From positions 7,098 through 71,097 of the forward strand of contig NW_021833451.1 of the NCBI RefSeq assembly GCF_006345805.1: a stretch of DNA of 64,000 bases, read 5' to 3'. The stretch's first letter is position 1, and the number at the start of each line of letters is the position of its first letter. Position numbers and translations under genes: made by a program. Under the pieces are notes generated by a model that saw nothing but the letters and a program-made list of their open reading frames with translations, made no database searches and was not told the DNA's origin. Below are positions 36,801 through 50,080 of the stretch, piece by piece. The stretch is from Octopus sinensis. Its lineage: Eukaryota.

Positions 36801-38177
36801 GCATGTGCTAAACTCAAAAACAATAAAAGCCCAGGACCAGACGGACTAGGACCAGAGCTACTCAAGTATGGAAGTGAAAAACTAAATGTCCTCATTGCGG
36901 ACCTCTTCGACGGAATGTTTAAAACAAACAACCATTTACCTCTTGGACAAGGGATACTGGTCTCTGTCCAAAAACCAAACAAAGCTAAGGGAAAAGTGGA
37001 GAATCTGAGGCCAGTAATTCTTATGAATAGCATACGGAAAGTTCTTGCAATCATTACGCTAGAAAGAATAAAACCTCGCACCGAACTATTTATATCCGCT
37101 TTCACAGCGGATTTCGGGAAGAAAGATCGACTTCTGACATCGTGTGGACTTATAGATGGCATTGTTCCACCATTCAAAGGTTTAAAAATGCGACATACAT
37201 TCTCGGCATATATATCTCAAGAGCTTTTGACTCGATTAATCGTCAGAAATTAATGAAAGTTCTTTGCAGGATTTCTTGATGAATCTTCTATTCTGATGAT
37301 CAGGGCACTCTTATCAGAAACCTATCTATCGGTCAGGGTACGAGACAAGTGCTCTAAACCATTTGAAACAACATCTGGAACACCTCAAGGGGATCCGTTA
37401 TCTCCTATACTGTTTGTTATATATCTGGAAGCTGCATTGAGAGAACTAAAACCATACTATGAAAGAAAGATCAATTTGGTGGAATACGCAGATGACGTGG
37501 ATTTTATTTCTTCCGACAGGGACCCTCTGGAAAGCCTACTGGAGGTGATGCTAGATAGACTTGCTGAGTGGTTCCTCAATGTAAATGTGGAAAAAACAAA
37601 ATTTACTGAACTAGCAAGACAGAAGTCTAAGCTGGACAAACATTGGAGAAAAGTAAAGAAACTCGGATCTCTATTGGGTGACGAACAATACGTGATTATG
37701 CGAAAAACACATGCAAACAGTGCACTACGCAGCTTAAAGGAAAATTGGCTAAAACGCAAAGGACTCGGCACAAAAACACGGATACGACTATACAATTCAT
37801 TAGTGAAGCCTATACTCTTATAACGCCGGAACTTGGGGACTTTCCGCTACAGACAATGAAAACCTAGACTCTTTCCATAGAGATCACCTCCGACGTACTC
37901 TAGCCTTTAAGTGGCATTCAAGGCTGAGTAGCAGAACACTATATGCCAGAACATCAAGCAAACCAATCTTGGTCGAAATTATCGAATTTCTTCTAAAGTT
38001 AAGCTCCCAAGAACTTCTTTGCTTATCAAACTCACCCTTCTCCTTTTTGGAGACATTGAACTAAATCCTGGCCCCAGCAAGAAGAACCTATTACGTATCT
38101 TGCAGATCAATATCAATGGAATTGCTCAGAAGACTGCTGAACTTTATTCCTTCCTGGAGAAGCATGACGTGGACATT
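33534..38177 (+). repeat. Segmental duplication, presumed source copy
   Basis: Continuous on both sides with the hAT ORF and the LINE ORF that are cut off in the 13590-18222 copy. Confidence 0.93.
34492..35364 (-). CDS. METTL1: tRNA (guanine-N7)-methyltransferase, copy 2, intact frame
   Basis: Same motifs and five mini-introns as copy 1; [12 protein letters not shown] is in frame. Confidence 0.92.
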
Positions 38178-40978
38178 GCTTTGGTGCAAGAAACGAAGCT
38201 CTCGACCAAAATCGCTTGCCAGATTTTCCTGGTTATTCATACATCCGTCGGGACAGACCGGGCTCTGTATTGGCAACGATCAAGTGATTGAAATGACAGC
38301 TATGACTGTCTCTACAGGATCATCAACCAGAAGACTCACCAATTTATACATACCTCCTCACTTGTCATGTCCTCATGGATGGACCCCTTCTATTCAAAAC
38401 CTCCAGTCCCTCAACAAAGTCATTATTTATGTTGATATGAACGCAAAGAGCCCGATATGGTTAAAAATCAATCTCTAAACTCAAGAGGATCTCTACTATT
38501 CGACCAATTTGATAGTTTAGCCATCCTCAGCAATCCTCCATCTCACATCAGAACACTGTCAAGAAAAAGCGACGCAATTTCCTTTTCTGACATCTCGTTG
38601 TGCACTCCAATTTTGGCCCCTTTACTTCTTGGAAGGTCATTTACGACCTAAATTCTGACCACAACTTGATTATTATTGAGAATGCCCTAAAATCCAACAT
38701 CGACATTCAACGGCGTTGTTATACGAATAACAAAAGAGCTTCCTGGGACGACTACCGTCTCGTTCTAGAAAAATCATTGAATGATTCCGACATTATCAAC
38801 TTTCATTCGACTGCCGCAGCAGTCAATTATCTCAATGCACTTATCATCTCCACCTTCAAAAAATTCATTCCTCAAGGAATTATACAAAATTTCTCCCAAA
38901 GTTACAGCCACTAAGTAAACGCCATTATAAAGACCCGTAACAAACTGAAACGGGAAAATGGACAATCTGGTGTGTCCTTTATAGAACTGAGAAATCTAAA
39001 CAAACAAATCACTGTTGCCATAAATCGGCATATTAACTCGAAGTGGAATCAATTTATTGCTTCTATTGATTACAGATCCAATTCTCCAAATTTGGTCAAC
39101 CCTTAAAGGGATGAATCAACTGATGTTTGAAAAGCCAAAATCGCATGAATCTGTTGTTTATCGTCCCCGTTCAATGCGCCACTCAATCCGGTTCAGCAGG
39201 CTAACACACTAATGAAATATTACACTTCATTAAGTCACAAAACATCTAACAAAAACGACCGGAAAGTAACCAAATCTCTTAGAAGACTTCCCGTCAAAGA
39301 TTCTATACCGACTTTCACTGCGGAGGATGTCTCGCAATGCATTAAAAACTCCAAAATTCCCCTGCAAATCGCCCTGACAACATTTCAATCTATCATCTCA
39401 AAAGACTAGGCCCTAATGCTATCAAAGCAATAGTCTCTATTTTAATCCCTTCCCAAACATTTTCCAACGTCCCATAGTCAACATGGTTTTAAGCCACTGC
39501 ACTCAACAACTACTCACTTAACAACACTTTCGCAATCTGTCCTGGACGGCTTCAATGAGAAGAGACCCCCAAAACGAACAGTACTAGTTTCAATCGATGT
39601 CTCAAAGGCGTTTGACAGCGTCCCTCGGTGTGGACTCATCCACAAAATTTTAAAAACAGACCTAAACTCAAACCTCAAATCCTGGCTTGCAAACTTCTTA
39701 TCGGGTCGAATGGGATACGTCTCCCTTATGGACCACTGTTCAAAACAACGCTATCTTTCAAATGGGGTACCGAAGGGTTCTGTGTTGTCCCCTCCCTGTT
39801 CAACTTATATTTACATGACTTTCCGGCTAATGCCCCAAACAACTTGACATTATCTTACGCAGATGACATTATCATTGCTTCTAAACACGCAGATTACATA
39901 TCAGCCTCTCTCAACATCCAGCAACAATTATACTCTGTTGAGAATTGGTTCATTGAAAACAGACTCGAGGCTTCACCCTCGAAATTGTCGGTCACCTTAT
40001 TTTCTTCCGACAGAAGATAATCAAACCTTCACCCGAAGTTATCTCTCTTTGGTTTTGACCTCCCACTATGCAAAAACCCTACTATCCTCGGACTTACTTT
40101 TGATCCAACTATGTCCTTCAACAAGCATGTCTCTAACATTTCTGACAAGGCAAACAGACGCACAAACATACTAAAAGCAATAATTGGTCACATTACAGGC
40201 GCCCAGAAGTCACTTCTCAAACGAGTTTACAAACAATACATTACAGGCCCCCAGAAGCCCGTATTAGGTTATGCGAGTCCAAGCTGGGCGCCCTGTCTAT
40301 TCATAAACTCGACAATGGCACTTCAATCAGTACAAAACAAGGCCATGCGCACAATATCTGGGTGTCTGAAATTAACCCAAATTGATAACCTTCACTGTGA
40401 AACGAACCTTTCGCCAATTGAAGATCATCTAAACATGAGAGGAGCGCAATTTTTATTTGCATCTCGAATTCCCTATCATCCATTTTCTGCTCTAAATGTG
40501 CTAAACGGAAGAACACGGCGGCGAATCTATATTCCCGGATCCTTGCAAAAATCGACGGCTTGCACCAATTTCCATACCCGATGAGGAAAATTCACAATTT
40601 GATATCCACATCAGCTATTCTTAACTGACGCCCAACTCTGTACTCAATAAACCTCCTCCTGACGTTCACTATTCTGAATTGCTTCTCGACCGTTCAGCTC
40701 AGACAAACTTGACTCGTTTCCGTTCTGGTCATCACTCCTCATTAAACCACTATGAACACAAAATGGACATCTCGATCTTCCCCTTTTGTCCCATTTACCA
40801 TGCTGACGAGCACACAACTGCGTATCTATTCCGCTTCCTGGTCTTCCTTCGCTCCGTAAAAAATTTGCCATTCACTCCCCGGAGGTCCTATGGAAGCAAC
40901 CTGGGAGGGCAGTGTTGTTTCTGCAAGCTGCTGGTCTCATAACTTAATGTGAAATCGGGTTTATGCAACAACAACAAG
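37985..40978 (+). mobile_element. Near full-length I-group (Ingi/Vingi-like) LINE: 2A-like peptide, APE, RT, C-terminal Cys/His motif and (CAA)n tail; many frameshifts
   Basis: GDIELNPGP, LVQETKL, DMNAKS, SDHNLI, DVSKAFDSV, YADD, ILGLTFD, VLGYASPSW, RFRSGHHSSL; ends gcaacaacaacaa. No RNase H seen. Confidence 0.82.
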
Positions 40979-41049
40979 TAAGTTGAAGATTCGCCAATAT
41001 TTATGTCGAGGAGTGTATTGTAGTCGAGATCCAGTCGAAAGACTTTCAT

Positions 41050-41400
41050 GAAACCTTTCAGAGTTTGGCCTATCTAGTGACCCAGAGAACAACTTAATTT
41101 CATTTATGAAGATGAGATGTTGGTGCTAAAACACCGTCTATCGTGTGCAGCCGACATTTGTTAAGTTGGGATACTTCGGCAAGAGATATATTTATAAAAG
41201 CGGTTTCAACCCACCATGGTAAATTTTTCAGATCTGAGTCATATGTCAAATCAATCATTTCCAATTGTAAGTTAGCTGCTAGATGCGAAATATTTGTAGT
41301 AAATATGATCACTGCATATTCCCGTAAAAGTTCACAGAAAATTTCAAAACATGTCTAGAATTGTCGAAGCAATCCTCTTATTTTCTTCCAATAACGATAC
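41050..41400 (-). mobile_element. hAT transposase C-terminal remnant
   Basis: NLQLEMIDLTYDSDLK resembles the Buster/SPIN C-terminal region. Confidence 0.5.
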
Positions 41401-41519
41401 ATATCAAAATTTGATGTTGTGGAAATTACAACTTTCAAAAAAGAAAAATGTCCAGTGTTTCTCACTGTCAATTGTGTCTCCTTCAACATTAGTTTCATAA
41501 TAATGAAAGCATGTATTTT

Positions 41520-41690
41520 GACCCTCACATATGGCGACGAGGACTGGTTCGGTACTTTAAATAATTATAATTAGGGTTAGCATGGAAAAAGACGCTTCGG
41601 TGCCTTGTTTTTATCTCTCCGTTAATGATCTTTCCTTTATTTTATTGGTTATGGTTTTTCCTGAACAATAAAAAACTATTCTATTCTATC
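41520..41690 (+). mobile_element. Internally deleted fragment of the 15.5 kb Jockey-like family
   Basis: cctcacatatggc..gagg and gcatggaaaaagacgcttcggtgcc match 16021-16040 and 16228-16260. Confidence 0.65.
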
Positions 41691-41779
41691 TTCAAAAAGG
41701 AGATAGTTTGAATTTGAATCATTTTTGTCGAGAAGTGAAGAACAAGGTCTCTACACGGTTAGATTTTAACGGTAATATA

Positions 41780-42620
41780 TTATTCTCCACATAAACCAAT
41801 AAATATATTAGCAGTGATATCAGCAGAGGAGAGCCTGAAATAAACATCATGAATGAGACACTCATCTCGGCACTGTTCAATAATATGTCTGTAATCCCAA
41901 GTGGTATTTGTCTCCAACGGCTCCTTGGTTATAAACCCAAAGGCGTAGATATCCAGTCGATAGTTTATACTCCCTTCCACAACTCGGGCGCCATGTATGC
42001 AGAGGATCCTACTTTTGAATGACAAAGACTCCTGAGGTAGCTTGAAGCAATGGGCAAATTCAAAGTAACAGAGGACGACATTCTTGCAGTCATCTGAGAC
42101 CAGAAAGTTGTCAGGTTTTATGTCTTTGAACAATCGAACGCGAATGAATATAAGCCACATAAGTTGCGGCACATGCCATCAACCAAACCAAGTTTCCAGG
42201 ATTTGAATTTTTTTCTACGAATAAAATCAAGTTTGCTACATTATGTATGTGCCAGGACAGTGATGCTTGGAGATTATGTGAAACCAACACAGCCTACGCA
42301 GTGTTGCCGATGGTCCTTTGAAATGGCAAGGTACCCAAATATTGTTAAATCATTGTGAAATAAGTCGCTGTTCGCGTATCTTATAATAGCTACGTCATGA
42401 TTGCCAAATTTCTCATGCAAAATTCCACTTTCATTTAATAGGTACTGTGGCGTAAATATATATGATAACACTTTCATCAAATCAAACACAGCAAAACAAA
42501 CTACGGACTCTTTCACTACGCTTTTCACATTTGAATTGGGAAGCAGCGTGTTTGGGACGTCACCTGTGCCGACTCTTTTGCCAAGGGAGCCTTGAATTCC
42601 ACTGCTTGTTGACCGGTTCG
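41780..42620 (-). pseudogene. Degenerate, apparently intronless protein kinase
   Basis: AYIHSRSIV / DIKPDNFLV / YMAPELW / DIYAFG are split over frames with stops. Confidence 0.7.
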
Positions 42621-42734
42621 TCGGCCGAGGAGGTCTAATCCACGAAACTCACGAAATACAAGGATTTGTGCGATCGCCTTTGCTTTTTGGCAATTCACGT
42701 TTAGACTTCACTGTGTTTTCGGGGCCAAGACGCT

Positions 42735-42900
42735 TACTCATCAAAAGAAACTTGGCCGTCTGTGCACCCATCGCTCCAGAGATCCCAGGGAATTTATATT
42801 CCTTATTCAGAGAATCAAGTTGGCTGTTTTACGCGTGAAATGTCTCTCAATCCTGCGAGCCGGTACTTAATAACTAGCTTATTCCGTTTTCCATTTAGTT
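42735..42900 (+). mobile_element. CRE-clade 3' fragment
   Basis: DPREFIFLIQRIKLAVLRVKCLSILRAGT*. Confidence 0.65.
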
Positions 42901-43089
42901 ATAAATGTTTAAAAAAATGTGTTTAACACAAAATTAATGTAATATATATAAATTATTTTTATTATAAAAATTAATTCGTAAAATAGCATTAATAATTTAA
43001 ATCGTTGCTTAGCTCGCTCATTTGAATAAACATTTGTTCGAACAGTTCATTTAAATAATGTCCACTGACACTGAGTTTGAGGTCTTTAA

Positions 43090-45807
43090 TCATCTACCAC
43101 TGACTTTTATTATTACTTGGTCTATTTTCAACTTTGTATCTTCTAAAACTGCCTTGTCTGTTTGATCTGCAGAATGCAGTATGGTTGCAATTTTTTCCCA
43201 AACTTCCTCTGTATTCTCAGACTATGGCAAAAAGAATACCTTAATTGGGGAGAGCGACTCCACTTGTCCTGATAAACAGCATACAGTCGTTAGATATAAT
43301 TCAATGTTGCTAATAATAAAAGATGTTTTCTACAATTAACACAACTAGTTACTTCTCGGCCAAATTTTAAAATATTAGAAAGATTTGATAAATTTAATGC
43401 AAGCTTGGAGCCAACAGACCGTGTATATTTGAAGATAAAACTCTCTGGGTTATAATAATACTTGAATACTAATCAAAATAATACATTAATTGCTGCATTC
43501 AGTTTGTAATAGTCGTCGGATAGATTATGGACATAGTGTTCCAATTGGCTTTGTATTAACGTGTAATAGAGCGTTTTCCCCAAAGCCTTTTAATTATAAT
43601 CACAAGAATACTTTTCCCGCCGAAATCAGTCTTTTTGTGTTCACGGAGCACGTGTTTAATATATTTTTCACGTTTACAGTCAAATTGTTTGATAGAGTTG
43701 ACAAAAATTCGAATGCTTGGTCTGAAATTTCTTGTATGTGAGCATTCACATTATTCTAGAGCATGTTTTATTCAACTGACCTGAATTTCCCCCATTGATT
43801 GCACTCTGTCAGGTAGTGCAAGCATGACTATCACGGTGTCAAGAGTATCTCCAATATCCGCCACGGATTCTGCCAGTCGACTGTCCCTCTTGTGGATACA
43901 GTCAGTGTAAACGAAGAATTCTGTCACACGTCTCTTCAAATCTTGCCAGAGCTGCTCAATTTGCTCATTATTTCCTTTCATTGAGTCAAGGAGCTGATAG
44001 AGCCGGTTCAAGAATATAACTCTAAACATGAGAGAGAGAACTGTACATTCCATCAACCAGAACACATCCCCCTCCCGTAGATTCCTCGACCACTAGTCCT
44101 TCCAATCGAATGAAAGAAGAGAGCAAAAAGAACACGAGTGCAACTCCACACTTCCTAATTTTTGACTGGTTCATGTTTGTTGAGAAATGAAATTTTTTTT
44201 CAAACAGGTTCCCGCTCTTTTTATAAATCGATTGTTAATTGATTCATTTTTTTCAAAAATTGTCCGCATCTTGGCGACATGGCGATGTTCCTCCCCAAAA
44301 AACGAATTGCAAGATTCTCTGAACGTCGAGTCTGATTCGACGGAAGTCTTAGAAACCCTCACGTTATCGTAAAAATCTTTGATCGATCCATTCTGAGTTG
44401 GCACAGTATTCCCCAAAGATTGCTGAAGAGAGGAGACAGAATTGAAGATTTTGTAATGTAAATGAGAGTAGTGTCGCAAGAGGAATGAATTCAATTGTCA
44501 ATTTCAGTAGTTAAAATGTTGTATTTGGAAGTAAAGTTACGCCCAAAATCGAAAATGAATCGTCCTTTGCCGTATCCCCATTTTTCAACGTTCCCTACCG
44601 GCCAGGCGTGCTTTAAACTTCTTGATTTGACTTTATAAATCAAAATATATTTGGGGGAAATTGAGAGAATGCGAGGAATCAACTTTCCATGTTTCAAATT
44701 AATTTCCTTAAGTTCACCAATTTGGCCAAACTTGAATGTAAAAAAATGTAGCTCCGAAAAAGGGTTTCCCACAGCATTCTTTTACATAGTCCGACTTGAT
44801 GACATCTCCAACTGATCCTCGGAACAGTTTGTATTGCTGTAAATAAAAATGCACCAAATTCAACCTCAGCCACTTTACGTTCAATCTTTCTATTTCTTTG
44901 ATATATTTCGGGCAAGTAGTTCTGGAAGCTGCATATGTTAGAAATGAGTCACCACTTTATCGACTTGGCAGAGAAATCACCTACTTCAATTTGGCATTGC
45001 ATGGCTGCTAATTTTATGGCCGGTCCAGTATCGATTTGGCAAGTTCCTGAGAGAATTAGTCCAGAAAGCTTAAATAAAAGCAAATAACTACATGTTGGTA
45101 GAGAATATCTAATTCAATGTAATTTCTTGGAATATTCTCGCTTATGTAAAGTCTTCTTTCCAATGTGATGATTTCGTTGGGAGAAATTCCTTGCTCGGGT
45201 AAACTCAGCCCATTTAGTAGCCAAACCACTGAAATATACGTAAATATTATGCCATTATTGTCAATATGTAATTGGGATATAATTCGGTTAATTTTTTTAT
45301 TGTGGTATGTCGGACTAGTTATCGCGGTTTCTCTCCTAAGATAATACTCTTTCCAAACGTGAATTCCTATGAATTAATGACCATCATCAACCGTATAGTT
45401 TGCAAAATATAGGAATTAAATCTCCTACCAGGCGAGAACAATTATATTTGACTGTCCTCAGGATCCCGGTCGATAACTTTATTTTTGCATATTGATGGTT
45501 GCATTTATATTCAAGGTATTCCTATTCTTTTAATTATTTTATAAACTGTTGGTTTAGTTTGAATATAGTATCCAATCGGTTTATCATTCACCAACCAAAT
45601 TTCCTTGTTGAGATCACTGGTCTTCATCATAAGGCTATAGTCTTCTAATTGTTAAAATTGAGACATGCCTTCGTCGAGGACTCTCAATTTTCGCACACTT
45701 GCTCGAAGAATTGCTATTACTTGACGGACTGGCATTTTTAAGTCGACATTGATTCTCTCAACCGAGGCAATTTCGTGAGCAATTACCTTAATCGAAATAA
45801 CAGGCAT
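43090..45807 (-). CDS. Talin-like FERM protein with complete F0-F3 head and only a short helical tail
   Basis: F0 IWLVNDKPIGYY; F1/F2 LPEQGISPNEIITLERRLYIS..LDILYQ; F3 GKLIPRILSI..HAWPVGNVEKW..FIFDFG...ILTTE. Includes a 24-nt GC-AG intron at 45645-45668. 3' exons are less certain. Confidence 0.72.
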
Positions 45808-46329
45808 TTAGTCTCTACAATAATTGAATAATATTTTTACATTTTGATAATTCAAGCCTTATCATTAATGGTGATGAGATGTCAAACTACAAAACATTTA
45901 TTTGATTTCGATAAATCGAACAGTTAATATTAAATTTAAATTATTTTGTATATATTTTAAAACTAATTATAATCAGAATCATAATAATAAAGACAAACAA
46001 CAAAGACTAATTAATAATTGATTTAAGATATTTTGACAAACCGATGAGAAGCTGACTAGCATTCAATATCATCTAATTAATATTATTCACTACGTTCTCT
46101 GATTACTAAGTAATTCAAAAAACTGAGAGCTTTTGAAAAGATGATAAAAATTATATGTACCATTCGTTTTTTAAAAACGATTTCGGATTCGATGATAGGA
46201 TCATTCTTGCACAGACAGCATTAATTCACTTTATAATCAACCCCATACATCCTAAACAATTTTTTTAAGTTTTTTCTTTGAATGAGAGGAGTTGCCGAAG
46301 GTACTTTGAAACTTCTATCTTGGTAGAAT

Positions 46330-46950
46330 GTTACTTATATGTGTTTCATATGGATTAAACCTCTGAAAACTTAGTCATCAGAGTAAATTACTTTAATGAA
46401 CCTTCATATGAGCTTCTCAGCTTTTGCAAAGCGGCCTCAAGGTAGATATAAAAACTTAGGGCAGCATCCGATTCTGCAGTAGATAGAGATCACAAACAGC
46501 AGTGGCGAGAGAGTCACCTGATGGGTTCCCACATTTGTCGAGAAAGATCTTTGTCTAAAGGCAAACAGTAAGTTCCGTTTTTGTCAGTAACACTTTTATG
46601 ATTTCTATATCTTCGTTAAAGAAGCTCCGCAAGACCTTCATGAGCAAGTCTCGACGGACGGAGTTGAAGGGTCTTGACACATCGATGCTCACATAGTGAC
46701 TACAAATTGGTCATCACTCGAATTACTCCTACATAAGAAATATTCCCCCGTTGTAACAAGTCAGTTTAAACAAAGATAAATCTCGCCACAGAAAACTCAT
46801 TTGGAATGAACCCAATAGGCTTATATCTCGAAAGTGTTAGTGCAAGTCTTGCTAACATTCTACGAAAAGAGTACCCAGATGAACTACAAAAATAAGTGCA
46901 GCAAACAAATATATAGGACTATTTCTCCTAAAAATTAAGCCCTAAAACTG
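46330..46950 (-). mobile_element. Decayed RTE-type RT fragment
   Basis: STNVGT..LSPLLFVI and IYLEAALQKL match the 17.4 kb RTE family. Confidence 0.55.
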
Positions 46951-47059
46951 CATAATTTGATCTCATTATTAATAAAGGAAAAAAATTCACGTCTTGTTTT
47001 TAAAAAATGCAGCACAATAAAAAAGAGGCAAAAGAATGAATGAATATGGTTTATTTATT

Positions 47060-48370
47060 ACAATAGGTCCAAAAGAAAAGTGGCCGAGGAATTAGAGCTT
47101 AGGGGGCTTGATAACGAGAGCCACGAAGGTCTCAACTTCGGTTTTGCCCCAGGAGACTGTCTTATCTCCCTCAGCGAGTTCGAGTTTTTGCCAGGATCGC
47201 GTCAATCGTGTCAACACTCCGCTCATGCAGGTCTTCCAGCGGACTGCTGAGCTCCAGGCCGAATGCCAGTTTGATGGCAAATCGTCTGGTTTTTTCGAGT
47301 TTGGCGATTAGAAGGTCCCTTTCATCAGTTTGGTACCAGCCCTCCGAGCCATAGATTATTAGTGGCTGAACACAAGTCTGGTAGATGTGTAGAAACGTTT
47401 CTGCGCTTAGACAAAAACGCCTCAGTCCTTTTAGGATTTTCGCTCCTTGTTTCCGCTTTGCATGCACATGGGGTTTGTATGACCCGGTGGGGTCTATAGT
47501 TACTCCCAGGTAACGTAGGTTCTTCGATATAATCAGGTTCCCATAATCCTCGAAAGTCGGTTTTTTGTCACGACCCATTGAAATCCAACAAATGGTACTT
47601 TTGTCCAGGGCAAGATTCAAGCCTTTACCATTGCACCAGATTTCAAGTTCCTCCAAGTACGGTTCTAGTCTGCTCCAGGACAGCCTTCTTCTGTGTCGGG
47701 GTCCCCACATCGAGACATCCGTAACCAAGATATCGTCTGCGTAGATAATTAGTCTGCTCGTAGGAAAATGTGGTTTCGGGACGTCGGCCAGAAATATATT
47801 AAAGGCAAGGGGCTGAGAACCGATCCCTGAGGAACACCTCTCCTCAGATTCACGGCCTTCGATAGCAAATTTCCACAACGAATGAACGATTTTCTCTCGC
47901 ACAAGAAGTCCTTAAGCCATCCGACAGTTTTTCGCCCAGCACCCAACTCCGCTACTTTATCTAACAACCCCAAGTGCCAGACACTGTCAAAGGCCTTGCA
48001 GACGTCCAGGCAGACCGCCGTTAGGCAGGCTTTATGTTGTTTGGCCCGAGTCAGTTCTTCCTCAAGAAGCGAGAAACAGTGACCGGTTGATCGACCAGGT
48101 CTAAAACCCCACTGTTCCTCCGCGAGTATATTATTTTGTTCCACGTAAGCCGATAAACGATTGAAAATAATTCTTTCCATTATCCTCGACGTTGTGCAGA
48201 TAAGGCTAATTGGCCTATAACTTCCTGCCTGCGTATTTGGTTTTCCAGGTTTTGGGATCATTCGGACGATTGTTCGTTTCCAGCTAGGTGGGACGTGACC
48301 ATTGTCCCAACTGGCATTGAATAGTTTCACCAGAATACGAAGAGGCAAAAGCATAACTGAATAAAAACTG
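47060..48370 (-). mobile_element. I/Jockey-group LINE RT plus 3' end
   Basis: MIPKPGKP..SYRPISL, QWGFRPGRST, LDVCKAFDSVWH, VPQGSVLSP, YADD, YLGVTID. Confidence 0.9.
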
Positions 48371-48699
48371 AGGGCAGCATCCGCTTCTGCATCAGATAGA
48401 GAAGGAATATTGGAGATTTGATATCAAAAGAAAAAAACTTAGACGAGAGAAAACTCACTCATTTCAGATTAAATTTCTAGACGGGAACAAATTTTCGACA
48501 AACATACCCGGAGATCGTCTTCAATTGAGAACAACCTGTTTCTGTTTTTTGATTTAATCTCGACTGGACAAGAGAAAGCTTGTTCACACTTATAAAATGT
48601 TAAATACTAAAGCAATATTTTAATTGATTTTTAAAATTTGAAGGATAAGAATCTTTTATGGAAATATAAAGCATATCTGTCGACAATTCAGCAAAACTG

Positions 48700-49300
48700 A
48701 AAGAGAAGATCTAAGCTTACAAATTGACACTTCAAAGTTAATTAAAATCTTTTTGGTGAGTCAAAAATAAAGGGTTTCTCGATCTATTTAAGATTTGTCC
48801 TAACAAAAATTAGAATTGTTGCAATAAAAAAAAGAATAGTTTCAACATACCTGATTGTTCCAATAAAAATCAGAAAAGTTAAAAACAACATTTATATTAA
48901 AAGAACTCTTATTCATTAATTATATAAACTTAATTAAACAAGTATTACATTTTAATAACCAGAAGCACTGTTGAACGGATACTTAATCATTTTTATTATA
49001 AAATGAAATCTGTAGTTCCAGTGGCAGAAAAAGAAATGCTGATCTTGTTAAAAATTTAAAATTGGACTACGTTTCAAAATTTTGGTTACTCGAAACAGAA
49101 TCTTGAAATTTAAGTTTTATTTGTATTGACGAAGTTGGTTTTAAGTCAAAAAGAAGTCAATCTAATGAAGAAACTTTACCTTATGTTAGGATCGCAGCTG
49201 AAAGAAGTCGTAAATTTCTGTTTTGGCAGCAATTAATAAATATTGAACGATATTCTTTAAAATTTACACGTGTTTGATGCATTTGTTGGAATTGACTAGG
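48700..49300 (+). mobile_element. IS630/Tc1-like DDE transposase remnant
   Basis: ICIDEVGFK and AAERSR.ISVLAAINKY fragments. Confidence 0.45.
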
Positions 49301-49329
49301 GAACAACTTGAAAAAATTGAGAAATTTTA

Positions 49330-50080
49330 AATTTCATCAATAGCTGAGAATTCATTAGACAAGAAACAACGATTTCGATTAAAAAGCTATCGCAAAAATT
49401 TGTTTTTGAAGACGGTAAAGCGTTTTTATTGAAGGATGGCCTAAAATTACGGTTCTTTGCAGTTGAAAATAGTGAACTGAAATTGAAGATAATTGAGGTA
49501 GTGTATCTGCTTTATTGAAATCTGAGCTAATAAACAATTTTGGCCGAGATAGACTTAGTAGTATGTGGAGGAATAGTTTCTACAACATAATGACAGAAGA
49601 TATCCGCTTTGTTTTAAAAAAATGTTTATTGCCAAGTATTGGCTATTTATTTATTAGCTAGTCAAAAAAATTGATGGCAACCAAGCCAACTATCAGTCCA
49701 ATCATTGCCAGAAGTCCTAGAGACCATTATATCCCAGATCTTATAGATCTCAGAAGATATTCAGAAACAAATCGATAAAACTCGTGGTATGCTGTTGTGA
49801 ACTAGTAAGCTGTTGTAGAACTAGCAAAGAATAAAAGTGCATTGGAAATTTCATCTCTACTTGAGAATATATTCTACGTTATTGGAGATTGGAAATTTCA
49901 TATCCCTAACCCGTTATTCTCCAAATTGATAACGGAAGAGAGTTTCGCAATTCTGAAATGGATAAGCTGTGTGAATTTTTTAAAATAAAGCATATCTGTG
50001 AAAGACCTAGAGCACCTTGGGTACAAGGACAAGTTGAAAGGTTTTTTTAAAGCTATTAGTTTTTATAACCGATATTGCAC
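49330..50080 (+). mobile_element. Ginger-like integrase fragment with mini-introns
   Basis: KDGLKLRFF..LKIIE|..FGRDRL..CQ|SKKLMATKPTISPIIA..DLIDLRRYSETN. Introns (about 29 and 26 nt) are at the same positions as in the 6.3-6.8 kb copy. Confidence 0.65.

Noticed and set aside
41571-41582. Telomeric ttagggttag
   Set aside because: Fewer than two units and part of a LINE fragment.
43216-43233. 18-nt intron (gtattctttttgccatag) in the talin-like gene
   Set aside because: An upstream donor giving a 42-nt intron fits equally well; not decidable without reads.
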